DNA from: Bacteroidota bacterium
Lineage (GTDB): Bacteria; Bacteroidota; Bacteroidia; Flavobacteriales; Weeksellaceae
Assembly: GCA_023440705.1 (NCBI GenBank)
Contig: JAEXRP010000077.1
Coordinates: 5,518-69,517, forward strand
Direction: 5' to 3'
DNA: 64,000 nt
In this document: positions 40,181 through 49,659 of the stretch, piece after piece
Position numbering within the stretch: the first letter of the stretch is position 1
How the letters are laid out: each line of letters begins with the position of its first letter
Position numbers and translations under genes: made by a program
The notes under the pieces: model-generated
Told to the model about the DNA's origin: nothing
The model's input: only the letters and a program-made list of their open reading frames with translations
Databases searched by the model: none

Positions 40181-41737
40181 ATGAGTATTGAGGCTAATCA
40201 ACAATATTTCAATTCCTGTCTAGAAACTGTGAAATCGTTGTATGATAATCAACTTTACAACGACTGTGCAGAATATCTTAAAAAGCTAAGCTTTTTTGCG
40301 TGGCTTAATTTTTCTGGTTATTATAAAAACTCATCTCTGGAGCTATACCTTAACTTACTTGGCAAGCATATTTCCCCTTTTGTTAATGAAAAATTAAAGG
40401 AGAAGAAAGATTACTTCAGTGTGTTACATATCTGCTCTCAGGTGTATAAAACAGGAGGGCATAGCAAGTTATTATATAATTGGATTAAGAATGATCAAAA
40501 AAGCCATCATGCCCTACTATCTATTCGGCAGCCCATTGACGAATTAAGAGAGGTAAGCGAAAGCTATTTAGAAAAAGACAATCAACTTGATCTGCTAAGT
40601 GTAAATGCTGAAAATCTTCTCAAATCTTCTCAATTGTTAAGAGAAGTATTGTACAACAATTATGATCTAATAGTTTTACATATTCATCCTGATGAGGTCG
40701 TTACTAACATTGCTTTATCAGATACCAACATACCCACACCAGTAAGCTACCTAAATCATGCAGATCACGTGTATTGGAACGGGGTTACGATTTCTGATAT
40801 TATTATTCAAATTAGAGAAAGCAATATTAGCTTCGATAGTGAAAGACGGGATATAACTTGCAAACAAGTATTTTTACCAATCCCAATTCCAGAGCAAGGA
40901 TCTACTTCAATAGATGAGCACTCTGCAAGTATTAATATACTAACTACTGGCACATACTACAAATATCTTCCCAACGAAAAATATGACTTTCTTAAAGAGA
41001 CTGAACTAATTGTAACTAGACATCCACATGTTTTAATACATATTGTCGGAATTAACGAACAATCGGAATACGCCCAAAAGCACCTACATCCGCAACTCAT
41101 TTTTCATGGTACAATTAGCCCAGAAGAATTACAATTGTTGGAGCAAAAGACCGATATCTATTTAGAAGGATTTCCTACACCGTCCTTTACGGCTTTGTTA
41201 CAACCTGCAATGAAGGGAATTCCTTTTGTACTGCACTATCAACCTTTGGAGTTATTCAAACTATTTGTCGAAAACGATTCAGATTGTATCGTTTACCCAA
41301 AAAGTGTACAGGATTGGCATCTTTTAGTAGATCGTCTTATATCTAACAAATCAGAAAGAGAAGCTTATGCGCAAAAACAATACAATATTATTCGCAATAA
41401 TTTTCACATCGATAGTTGGCGCACAAAGCTTAACGAACTTTATGATCTTGCCAACTTAACAACACATAAGATCCATGACCTAAAAGAAGACAAAAGCTGG
41501 GAAGGCGAAAATGAAAAATTCTTAGTAACAACACACAAATATACCATCCAACATTATTTACATACCGAAAATCTGCCATTAGCCGACAAAGTAAAAGTTA
41601 TCAAAAAGGCGAGCCTCAAAAACGACAATGTTTCCTACCTTGGAAAAAAAGCATTGTTAAACTATTTATCAAATAATAAACTAAAAAAAATATATACGAA
41701 TATTACACCTATAAAAAATCCAAGATCCAAAAAATAG
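40181..41737 (+). CDS. Uncharacterised GT-B-like protein (distant GT41/GT4-like glycosyltransferase)
   Basis: N-terminal VLHICSQVYKTGGHS; NHADH; C-terminal DIYLEGFPTPSFTALLQPAMKGIP resembling GT-B donor-binding motifs. Confidence 0.6.
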   Translation: MSIEANQQYFNSCLETVKSLYDNQLYNDCAEYLKKLSFFAWLNFSGYYKNSSLELYLNLLGKHISPFVNEKLKEKKDYFSVLHICSQVYKTGGHSKLLYNWIKNDQKSHHALLSIRQPIDELREVSESYLEKDNQLDLLSVNAENLLKSSQLLREVLYNNYDLIVLHIHPDEVVTNIALSDTNIPTPVSYLNHADHVYWNGVTISDIIIQIRESNISFDSERRDITCKQVFLPIPIPEQGSTSIDEHSASINILTTGTYYKYLPNEKYDFLKETELIVTRHPHVLIHIVGINEQSEYAQKHLHPQLIFHGTISPEELQLLEQKTDIYLEGFPTPSFTALLQPAMKGIPFVLHYQPLELFKLFVENDSDCIVYPKSVQDWHLLVDRLISNKSEREAYAQKQYNIIRNNFHIDSWRTKLNELYDLANLTTHKIHDLKEDKSWEGENEKFLVTTHKYTIQHYLHTENLPLADKVKVIKKASLKNDNVSYLGKKALLNYLSNNKLKKIYTNITPIKNPRSKK

Positions 41738-41918
41738 TTTTTACAAAATAGCCAATAAACGTATTTTAAAAATTATAAATACCGCATTAACTAAATCAAT
41801 CAAAAGTACTTTGTGTAAGTTATTTTAGAACACTCAAAACAGGGAAACATTTTACAAACAACTATCTGATTTACACCAAACAACAATTATTCCGACAACT
41901 CTTTTCACATATCACACA

Positions 41919-42836
41919 ATGCCACAAGTTTCTGTTATTATCCCCAACTATAACCATTCGCTATATTTACAGGAGCGAATAGATAGTGTATTAGAGCAAA
42001 GCTTTCAAGATATTGAAGTCATCATTTTGGATGATCAATCAACAGATAATAGCAAAAATGTAATCGAGCAATATCGTAATCATCCCAAAGTGTCGCAAAT
42101 CATATATAACGAAACTAACTCTGGGTCAACTTTTAGACAATGGAAAAAAGGATTTGGGATAGCCAAAGGAAAATACATTTGGATAGCAGAAAGTGATGAC
42201 GTAGCTGATCCTAGCCTACTTCGCACGTTAGTACTAGCCTTAGATTCCGATGACGCTGTTACATTTTCTTTCTGTAGATCCGTAAAAATTGATAGTCATT
42301 CACAAATCATGGAAAGCATGTCGTGGTTCAATGATCTAGGCAAAAGAAATTGGATGGAAGAAAGTTTTATTAATGACGGAAAAGAGGAAATTAGAAATTA
42401 TTTATTCTTCAAAAACATTGTTCCTAACGCCAGTGCGGTTTTGATAAATAAAAAGTATGTCAACGAAAATATCTTTACAGACATATCGAATATGAAATAT
42501 GCTGGCGACTGGTACTTTTGGGTAAAGCTAGCAGAACAAGGGAAAATAGCATACTCTGCAGAAGCTCTTAACAAATTCCGTCAACATCAAAATACAACCA
42601 GATCAATCAAAAATCCAGATAAAGAGATTAAAAGATTCGGTGAGTATTTTTTTATTATTAAATATGTTCAAAAAAAATATAACCTCAGTTGGAACTTATC
42701 AAAACACTCTTGGATACTGAGAGAATATCTAGACAAAAAAACAATTTTCGACAAGAAAGCCCAAATACAAATTTTGTCTAAATTTCCGTTTCGATATGCG
42801 CGATATTTAATATTAAATAGTCTGAAAAAGAAATAA
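41919..42836 (+). CDS. Glycosyltransferase family 2
   Basis: VSVIIPNYN, LDDQSTD, WIAESDD, GDWYFW. Confidence 0.93.
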   Translation: MPQVSVIIPNYNHSLYLQERIDSVLEQSFQDIEVIILDDQSTDNSKNVIEQYRNHPKVSQIIYNETNSGSTFRQWKKGFGIAKGKYIWIAESDDVADPSLLRTLVLALDSDDAVTFSFCRSVKIDSHSQIMESMSWFNDLGKRNWMEESFINDGKEEIRNYLFFKNIVPNASAVLINKKYVNENIFTDISNMKYAGDWYFWVKLAEQGKIAYSAEALNKFRQHQNTTRSIKNPDKEIKRFGEYFFIIKYVQKKYNLSWNLSKHSWILREYLDKKTIFDKKAQIQILSKFPFRYARYLILNSLKKK

Positions 42837-43741
42837 TGAAAAATTATTTGAACAAACTTCTTTACAGAAACAAAAATTTCGATATAAGCTCAACCACTGA
42901 TCAACTTGACATTTGGGAGAATTCTTGCGAATCTGAAAATACAGAATATCAAAAAGAAACTCCGACTAGTATATGGACCTATTGGCACGATAATGAGATC
43001 CCAAAATCGGTTCAGATTTGTGTGGCTTCATGGAGAAAAAACAACCCAGATTTTAAAATAAATATTGTTAACCATAGTAACCTAAATACCTTTTTACCAG
43101 ATTTCAGATTTGATGATTACTACAATAAAAATATTGCAAACATCAGTGATATTATTAGGTTGAAGCTTCTGTATCTATATGGAGGAATTTGGTTAGATGC
43201 TTCTGTTTTTCTAAACACATCGTTATCCACTTATATAGAGCAAAAAGAATCTTATAATCTTGATCTTTTATGTTTTCGTGGAGATGGTCACAATAATGAT
43301 TCCAACTATCCAATTACCGAATCTTGGTTTTTGATAACTTCTCCAAAAAACCATTTTATTAAATTATGGTTAGATACACTGGACGAATGCTTTCGGAAAG
43401 TCAATTTTGACAATTACTTTCCTTCCAAATATCCTGAGATCTACAACAGCATAGAAGAAAAAAACAGAAATTACCTATTCGTATATATGGCTTCACAAGT
43501 CGCTATGCGACACTCTTCGAACATCAAAATTGGTTTTCTAAACTCAAGGCTAAATGGATTTTTTTATAACTATTTATTTAAGTTTGATTATATCAAAATA
43601 TCAAAATATTTCTTACTTGATTCTAATTACAAAAAATTTCCCAGTATTATTAAGTTAATGAGTAAAAACAGAAATGCGTTAGATAGTTTAATACAAGCAA
43701 AAATGTACAAAAAAAATACTATGTTTGGACAATATATATAA
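42836..43741 (+). CDS. Capsular polysaccharide synthesis protein (GT32-like DxD sugar-binding)
   Basis: IWTYWH, SDIIRLKLLYLYGGIWLDAS. Confidence 0.85.
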   Translation: MKNYLNKLLYRNKNFDISSTTDQLDIWENSCESENTEYQKETPTSIWTYWHDNEIPKSVQICVASWRKNNPDFKINIVNHSNLNTFLPDFRFDDYYNKNIANISDIIRLKLLYLYGGIWLDASVFLNTSLSTYIEQKESYNLDLLCFRGDGHNNDSNYPITESWFLITSPKNHFIKLWLDTLDECFRKVNFDNYFPSKYPEIYNSIEEKNRNYLFVYMASQVAMRHSSNIKIGFLNSRLNGFFYNYLFKFDYIKISKYFLLDSNYKKFPSIIKLMSKNRNALDSLIQAKMYKKNTMFGQYI

Positions 43742-43747
43742 GACTTA

Positions 43748-44608
43748 ATGATAACCATATTTACACCAACCTTTAATCGCGCTTACATCTTGCCAATACT
43801 ATATAGATCATTGGAAGAACAGACATGCAAAGATTTTGAATGGTTAATTGTTGATGACGGCTCTACTGATGACACAGAAAGCTTAATCCAAGATTTTAAA
43901 ACGGAATGTAGTTTTCCAATTAAATATTTCAAAAAGAATAACGAAGGCAAACACATTGCAATTAATTATGGATTACAAGAAGCAACTGGAAGCTTGTTCT
44001 TTATTGTTGATAGTGACGACCATTTGTCTGAGAATGCAATAGAAGTACTGCTAAGTAAGTACAGGACAATACAGCACAATAAAGATATTGCAGGCGTTGC
44101 CATCGGATATCGATCTATAAAAAAAAATGGAGAAATCATATATTCCAAACCACTTCGCGAGCACGAAATGTTGTTAACTCATAATGATTTGGTATATAAA
44201 GAAGGTATCACGGGAGATTTTGCAACCGCTTTCAAAACAAACATCCAAAAGCAATTTCCCTATCCTCGTTTCGAAGGCGAAAAATTTTTTCGAGAATCCT
44301 ATGTATATCGCCAAATTGGCAAAAAATATAAAACCTTGTACATTGATGACCCAATCTACTTTGCAGATTATCTCGAAGATGGTCTCACTGCTAAATCGTG
44401 GCAAATGCTCAAAAAATCTCCACAAGGCGCCTCGTTGTTCTTCAAGGAACTAAGTAAAGAGGATATACCTCTCAAAAACAAATTATCAGCGCTTAATGCT
44501 TACTGGGATTTCCAACTTAATGACATTAGATCCTCTTGGATTCAAAAGTTCCGAGGCGTTTCATTTTTCTTATCTTTGATAGTGCTATTCAAAAGATTTT
44601 TCAAATAA
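43748..44608 (+). CDS. Glycosyltransferase family 2
   Basis: ITIFTPTFNRA, VDDGSTD, GKHIAIN, VDSDD. Confidence 0.93.
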   Translation: MITIFTPTFNRAYILPILYRSLEEQTCKDFEWLIVDDGSTDDTESLIQDFKTECSFPIKYFKKNNEGKHIAINYGLQEATGSLFFIVDSDDHLSENAIEVLLSKYRTIQHNKDIAGVAIGYRSIKKNGEIIYSKPLREHEMLLTHNDLVYKEGITGDFATAFKTNIQKQFPYPRFEGEKFFRESYVYRQIGKKYKTLYIDDPIYFADYLEDGLTAKSWQMLKKSPQGASLFFKELSKEDIPLKNKLSALNAYWDFQLNDIRSSWIQKFRGVSFFLSLIVLFKRFFK

Positions 44609-44614
44609 TATATT

Positions 44615-45292
44615 ATGATAGTAGGTAAGGGTTTAATTGCTTCATTATTTTCCGATTGTGACCGCCATGACGTCGTCTTTTTCGCATCTGGTGTTTCTAA
44701 TTCATCTGAAACATCGAAGGCGAACTTTGATAGAGAAAATACACTAGTTACCGAAGTCTTACAAAATAATACAGACAAATTATTTGTGTACTTCAGTACA
44801 TGTTCTATCTATGATTCGTCAAAATACAATAGTCCTTATGTTCTTCACAAATTACATATGGAAGAGATTATTAAGCAAAACGCTTCTAATTATTTAATTC
44901 TTAGGGTTAGTAATGCTGTTGGTAAAGGAGGCAACCCACATTTATTAGTCAATTATCTGCATCGACAAATTGCATCTAAAAACCCTATCAATATACATAA
45001 AAATGCTACTAGAAATCTAATTGATGTAGAAGACATTAAACAAATTACATTAGATTACATTACAAAGAAAAAATATAATCAGATACTTAATCTCGCCTAT
45101 CCAGAGAATTTTCATATCGCCGAAGTTGTAGAAATTTTAGAGGAAGAATTAGCAACACAAGCTATAAAGCATTTCGAAAATAAAGGTGAACATTACTCTA
45201 TAGATGTTAGTATGTTAACCTATCAATTCAAGGAGCTAAATAGAAGTCAATATCTTAAAAATATTGTTAAAAAATATTATAATCAAAGATGA
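44615..45292 (+). CDS. Short NAD-dependent epimerase/dehydratase-like protein
   Basis: MIVGKGLIA, FFASGVSNS, YFSTCS, YVLHK (YxxxK), RNLIDVED. Confidence 0.75.
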   Translation: MIVGKGLIASLFSDCDRHDVVFFASGVSNSSETSKANFDRENTLVTEVLQNNTDKLFVYFSTCSIYDSSKYNSPYVLHKLHMEEIIKQNASNYLILRVSNAVGKGGNPHLLVNYLHRQIASKNPINIHKNATRNLIDVEDIKQITLDYITKKKYNQILNLAYPENFHIAEVVEILEEELATQAIKHFENKGEHYSIDVSMLTYQFKELNRSQYLKNIVKKYYNQR

Positions 45293-46446
45293 AAATAACC
45301 TATATCTATCCGTCCTTGCACAATCCCGGTGGTATCTCAAGGGTTTTAACTTTAAAAATGAACTATTTAGCTGATGTTATGGGACATGAAGTCAGTATAA
45401 TTACTTACTCTCAATTCGATAAAGGAATATTTTTCCCATTATCACCCTTGGTTAAGCAAATGCATTTTGATATAAGTCGAAATACAAATTTTGAGGGAAG
45501 TTTTTTTAAAAAGAAAAAAGAAGAATATCTTTTTTTAAAAACTTTAAGACACCATATAGAGGATTTTTTAGAAAAAAAACCTCAAGACATTGTCATTACA
45601 ACTACATTTGGCTTGGAGCATAAGTTTTTATACAAGTTAAAAGATGCTAGCAAAAAAATAGGTGAATTTCACTTTGCATTTAACAAATCTCCTTTATCAG
45701 CACTCAAAAACTTTGGGAAGGTACGACATCCTAAAGATATCCTGGACCTTTTCGCAAGACGTAATTATATTAATTCTATTTCTGGTCTAGATGCATTTGT
45801 ATTATTAACAAAACAAGACATGATTAGTTGGGAAAGACATTTCAAAAATCTTTACCATATATCTAATCCTATAACATTAGAAACTAATCAAATCAGTGAA
45901 GTTAAATCCAAAAACGTCCTAGCAATAGGAAGATTTCATCACCAAAAAGGATTTGATTATTTAGTTCGCATTTGGGATAAAGTAGTAAAACAACATCCTG
46001 ACTGGACACTAAAAATTGTGGGTGATGGTGAACAAGAAACGGCTATTAGAAATTTTATTAAAAAAAATGATTTAGAAAATAATATTTGTATAATAAAGCC
46101 AAAACCTGATGTTCATAAAGAGTATCTAGATGCAAGTATCTATGTCATGACTTCTCGATTCGAAGGTCTCCCTTTAGTCTTGATTGAAGCGATGCATTTT
46201 GGGCTACCGATTGTTTCTTACAACTGTCAATGTGGTCCAAGCGATCTTGTTAAAAATGAAACCAATGGGTATTTAACCCCTGTTGGCGATATTGATAAGA
46301 CAGCAGAGCACATTTGCGAACTTATTGAGAATCCAGATCTTCGTTCTAAATTTGGTTTGGCCAATAGAAAAAAATCTTTTAACTATAAAGTAGCGCCTAT
46401 TATGGAAACATGGGAAAGCCTCTTCAAAACAATAATAAAACAATAA
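45289..46446 (+). CDS. Glycosyltransferase family 4
   Basis: GGISRV, GRFHHQKG, SRFEGLPLVLIEAM. Confidence 0.93.
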   Translation: MKITYIYPSLHNPGGISRVLTLKMNYLADVMGHEVSIITYSQFDKGIFFPLSPLVKQMHFDISRNTNFEGSFFKKKKEEYLFLKTLRHHIEDFLEKKPQDIVITTTFGLEHKFLYKLKDASKKIGEFHFAFNKSPLSALKNFGKVRHPKDILDLFARRNYINSISGLDAFVLLTKQDMISWERHFKNLYHISNPITLETNQISEVKSKNVLAIGRFHHQKGFDYLVRIWDKVVKQHPDWTLKIVGDGEQETAIRNFIKKNDLENNICIIKPKPDVHKEYLDASIYVMTSRFEGLPLVLIEAMHFGLPIVSYNCQCGPSDLVKNETNGYLTPVGDIDKTAEHICELIENPDLRSKFGLANRKKSFNYKVAPIMETWESLFKTIIKQ

Positions 46447-46456
46447 TCACAAATAA

Positions 46457-47249
46457 ATGATTCCAAAAATTATTCACTATTGCTGGTTTGGAAAAAATCC
46501 AAAGTCAGAGCTTGGTCAAAAATGTATTGCGAGCTGGAAAAAACACCTCCCCGATTACGAGTTTATGGAGTGGAATGAGGATACATTCGACATTAATATA
46601 AACCCCTTTGTAAAAGGCGCTTACGAAAAAAAAAAATGGGGTTTTCGTTGCAGATTATGCTAGAGTTTGGGCAGTTAATAAATATGGAGGCTTTAACCTC
46701 GATACCGATATGGAAGTCCGCAAGTCTCTAAATGACTTACTAGACACTCGTGCCATCTGCGGCTTCGAAATGGCCAACAAGCCATTTTCTGCCTTTTTTG
46801 GAGCAGAGCCGAACCACCCCTTCGTTGAAGACATGCAGAAATTCTACGATGAAAAACCTGAATACCAATTAGTTATAAGCACCGAAACTTTTAACAACAT
46901 CCTCATAAATAAATATGGTGCAGACCCCTCTAAAGATATTATCCAAAACCTAAAAGAAGGTATAACCTTATACCCCTCTAACTACTTTTCAGCTAACATA
47001 CCTGCTAATTATGTAGTACATTATTACGAAGGAAATTGGCTTGCGGAGCACAAACATTTCTACTCTCAATTGGTGAATTCCTATGCAATAGTTAAGCAGT
47101 TTATCGAAAATAAGGACTCAAAAACAACTATAAATCACTTAGTGCATCACAATAAAATATTTAATGAAGATATGATTCTTGACCAAATTCCTTTAAAATA
47201 TATAGTGAATTATTGTAAAAAGAAACTTCTTAAAAAAATTGGCTTTTAA
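46457..47249 (+). pseudogene. Frameshifted GT32/Och1-like (DxD) glycosyltransferase
   Basis: MIPKIIHYCWFG...AYEKKKW in frame 0 continues as FVADYARVW...GGFNLDTDMEV...HYYEGNW in the +1 frame; one extra base at 46626-46645 (A11-T-G4-T4). Confidence 0.85.
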
Positions 47250-47300
47250 AAAAATAATATTTAATTATAAGATAATATTAATTTTAAAACAAAGAGAACG

Positions 47301-47308
47301 TAAATTTG
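47301..47308 (+). promoter_or_regulatory. -7 box (TAAATTTG) for the epimerase/dehydrogenase pair
   Basis: TAnnTTTG 27 nt upstream of ATG 47336. Confidence 0.6.
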
Positions 47309-47335
47309 CATCTACAATTACATTTAAAAATACAA

Positions 47336-48328
47336 ATGAATTTCAAACCTCAACTCGAAAATAAAAATATACTTGTCACTGGTGGCGCTGGTTTTATCGG
47401 CTCTAACCTTTGCGAGGTTTTACTAGAAAACAATGTCAATGTAACATGTCTTGATAATTTTTCTACTGGGCGTCGTGAGAACCTCGAAGCTATCAAAAAC
47501 CATCCTAATTTTACATTAATAGAAGGCGATATCCGCGATCTAGAAACTTGTAAAAAAGCTTGCGAAAACAAAGACTTTGTCCTTCACCAAGCAGCTTTAG
47601 GCTCTGTGCCAAGATCCATCAACGATCCGATCACAAGTAATGATGTTAATGTTGGTGGCTTTCTAAACATGCTTGTCGCTGCACGAGATGCTGGTGTCAA
47701 GCGCATGGTTTATGCGGCAAGCTCTTCAACTTACGGAGACTCGGAAGCACTTCCCAAAGTTGAAGATCGTATCGGGAAACCTCTTTCTCCTTATGCTATT
47801 ACAAAATATGTTAACGAACTTTATGCCGATGTTTTCAAAAAAACTTATGATTTCGATACCATTGGCTTAAGATATTTTAACGTATTTGGAAGAAAGCAAA
47901 ACCCTGGCGGTGCATACGCAGCAGTTATTCCAAAATTTGTGATGCAATTTATGAATAACGAATCTCCAACTATCAATGGTGGTGGCGAGTATTCTCGTGA
48001 CTTCACATATATTGACAACGTAATCCAAATGAATCTTTTGGCAATAACGTCTGATAACAAAGACGCTTACAATCAAGTCTATAACACAGCTTTTGGTGAA
48101 AGAACAACGCTTAATGATTTGGTTAAATACTTAAAAGAATACCTATCCGAATTTGATTCAAAAATTGCGGATGTAGATATCATTTATGGAGATTACCGAA
48201 AAGGAGACGTTCCACATTCATTAGCTAGTATTGATAAAGCAAAAAATTTATTAAATTACCAACCTCAATTTTCTATGAAAGATGGCTTAAAAGAAGCTGT
48301 TAAATGGTATTGGGAAAATCTAAAATAA
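47336..48328 (+). CDS. UDP-GlcNAc(A) 4-epimerase (WbpP/TviC-like SDR)
   Basis: GGAGFIG, HQAALGSVPRSI, YAASSSTYGD, SPYAITK, LRYFNVFG, AYAAVIPKF; start moved to ATG 47336 because the track's TTG lies inside the -7 box. Confidence 0.92.
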   Translation: MNFKPQLENKNILVTGGAGFIGSNLCEVLLENNVNVTCLDNFSTGRRENLEAIKNHPNFTLIEGDIRDLETCKKACENKDFVLHQAALGSVPRSINDPITSNDVNVGGFLNMLVAARDAGVKRMVYAASSSTYGDSEALPKVEDRIGKPLSPYAITKYVNELYADVFKKTYDFDTIGLRYFNVFGRKQNPGGAYAAVIPKFVMQFMNNESPTINGGGEYSRDFTYIDNVIQMNLLAITSDNKDAYNQVYNTAFGERTTLNDLVKYLKEYLSEFDSKIADVDIIYGDYRKGDVPHSLASIDKAKNLLNYQPQFSMKDGLKEAVKWYWENLK

Positions 48329-48332
48329 CACA

Positions 48333-49619
48333 ATGACTCACAAAATATCTATTATTGGACTTGGTTATGTAGGCCTACCATTAGCAAGACTTTTTGCAAC
48401 CAAATATCCCGTGGTTGGTTTCGATATTAATCAAGCAAGAATCTCAGAACTTCGCCAAGGTATCGACTCAACCTTGGAAGTCGAAAATAATGTTCTGAAA
48501 AGCGCCATTGTTGACCACAATCCAACCGCAACAAACAAAGGTCTTTTTTGCTCTAACGAGCTTAATGACATTGCGGATTCTAACATCTACATTGTTACAG
48601 TCCCAACGCCTGTTGACAAGAATAACCGTCCAGATCTAACACCGCTTTACAAAGCCAGCGAAACCGTTGCTAAAGTTTTAAAAAAAGGCGATATCGTAAT
48701 TTACGAATCCACAGTTTATCCTGGTGTTACTGAGGAAGAGTGTATTCCTGTTTTAGAAAAAAATTCAGGCTTAAAATTTAATGAAGATTTCTTTGCGGGT
48801 TATTCGCCAGAGCGCATCAATCCTGGAGATAAAGAACATACGGTTGAGAAAATCTTAAAAGTAACTTCTGGCTCTAACCCCGAAATTGGAAAAATCGTTG
48901 ATGATATTTATAAATCTGTAATTACTGCAGGAACACATCTTGCGCCAACTATTAAAGTTGCTGAAGCGGCTAAAGTTATCGAAAACTCGCAACGTGACAT
49001 TAATATTGCTTTCGTTAATGAATTAGCAAAAATATTTAATTTAATGGACATCGACACGCATGATGTTCTTGCTGCAGCTGGCACAAAATGGAACTTCCTG
49101 CCCTTCAAACCTGGATTGGTTGGAGGGCACTGTATAGGCGTAGATCCTTATTATCTTGCCCAAAAAGCTCAAGAATATGGTTATCATCCAGAAATCATCT
49201 TGGCTGGTCGTCGCATGAACGATTCTATGGGACATTATGTAGCAAGTGAAGTTGTTAAACAAATGTTGAAAAATGATATTAAAGTTAACCAATCCAATGT
49301 TTTAGTATTAGGTTTCACATTTAAAGAAAACTGTCCTGACGTTAGAAACACGAAGGTTGTTGATGTTATCAAAAATCTAGAAGATTACAATATTAAAGTT
49401 AATGTTTATGACCCTTGGGCTAACCCAAGTGAAGTTAAGCATGAGTATAACCTCGACACATCTAACCAACTTCCACAAGAGAAATTTGACGCAATAGTAT
49501 TAGCCGTTTCTCATAACGAATTTGAAAATTTAAATTTAAATAATCTTCTTAAAGAAAATGGTGTCATCTATGACGTCAAAGGAAAGCTTGCTCTCGAGCA
49601 AAATATAAAAAGATTGTAA
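48333..49619 (+). CDS. UDP-N-acetylhexosamine 6-dehydrogenase (WbpO/TviB-like)
   Basis: GLGYVGLPLA, YESTVYPG, GYSPERINPGD, ENSQRDINIA, GLVGGHCIGVDPYYL, FKENCPDVRN. Confidence 0.93.
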   Translation: MTHKISIIGLGYVGLPLARLFATKYPVVGFDINQARISELRQGIDSTLEVENNVLKSAIVDHNPTATNKGLFCSNELNDIADSNIYIVTVPTPVDKNNRPDLTPLYKASETVAKVLKKGDIVIYESTVYPGVTEEECIPVLEKNSGLKFNEDFFAGYSPERINPGDKEHTVEKILKVTSGSNPEIGKIVDDIYKSVITAGTHLAPTIKVAEAAKVIENSQRDINIAFVNELAKIFNLMDIDTHDVLAAAGTKWNFLPFKPGLVGGHCIGVDPYYLAQKAQEYGYHPEIILAGRRMNDSMGHYVASEVVKQMLKNDIKVNQSNVLVLGFTFKENCPDVRNTKVVDVIKNLEDYNIKVNVYDPWANPSEVKHEYNLDTSNQLPQEKFDAIVLAVSHNEFENLNLNNLLKENGVIYDVKGKLALEQNIKRL

Positions 49620-49620
49620 G

Positions 49621-49656
49621 AAAAAAGGCATCAAATTCATTTGATGCCTTTTTTTT
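49621..49656. terminator. Bidirectional intrinsic terminator
   Basis: AAAAAAGGCATCAAA-ttca-TTTGATGCCTTTTTT between convergent genes. Confidence 0.9.
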
Positions 49657-49659
49657 ATT

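Noticed and set aside
44119..44127. A8-A9 tracts in other glycan genes (e.g. 44119-44127, start of the PEtN transferase, start of the 59207 GT4) as phase-variation switches
   Set aside because: The genes are intact and such runs are common in Lys-rich AT-rich coding DNA
47306..47335. ORF-track N-terminal extensions (47306, and likewise 50724 and 50692)
   Set aside because: These starts lie inside or upstream of the predicted -7 boxes; downstream ATGs fit better
31494..47400. 23-nt exact direct repeat ACTGGTGGCGCTGGTTTTATCGG at 31494-31516 and 47378-47400
   Set aside because: Both copies encode the conserved TGGAGFIG Rossmann motif of SDR enzymes; protein constraint plus codon bias explains it
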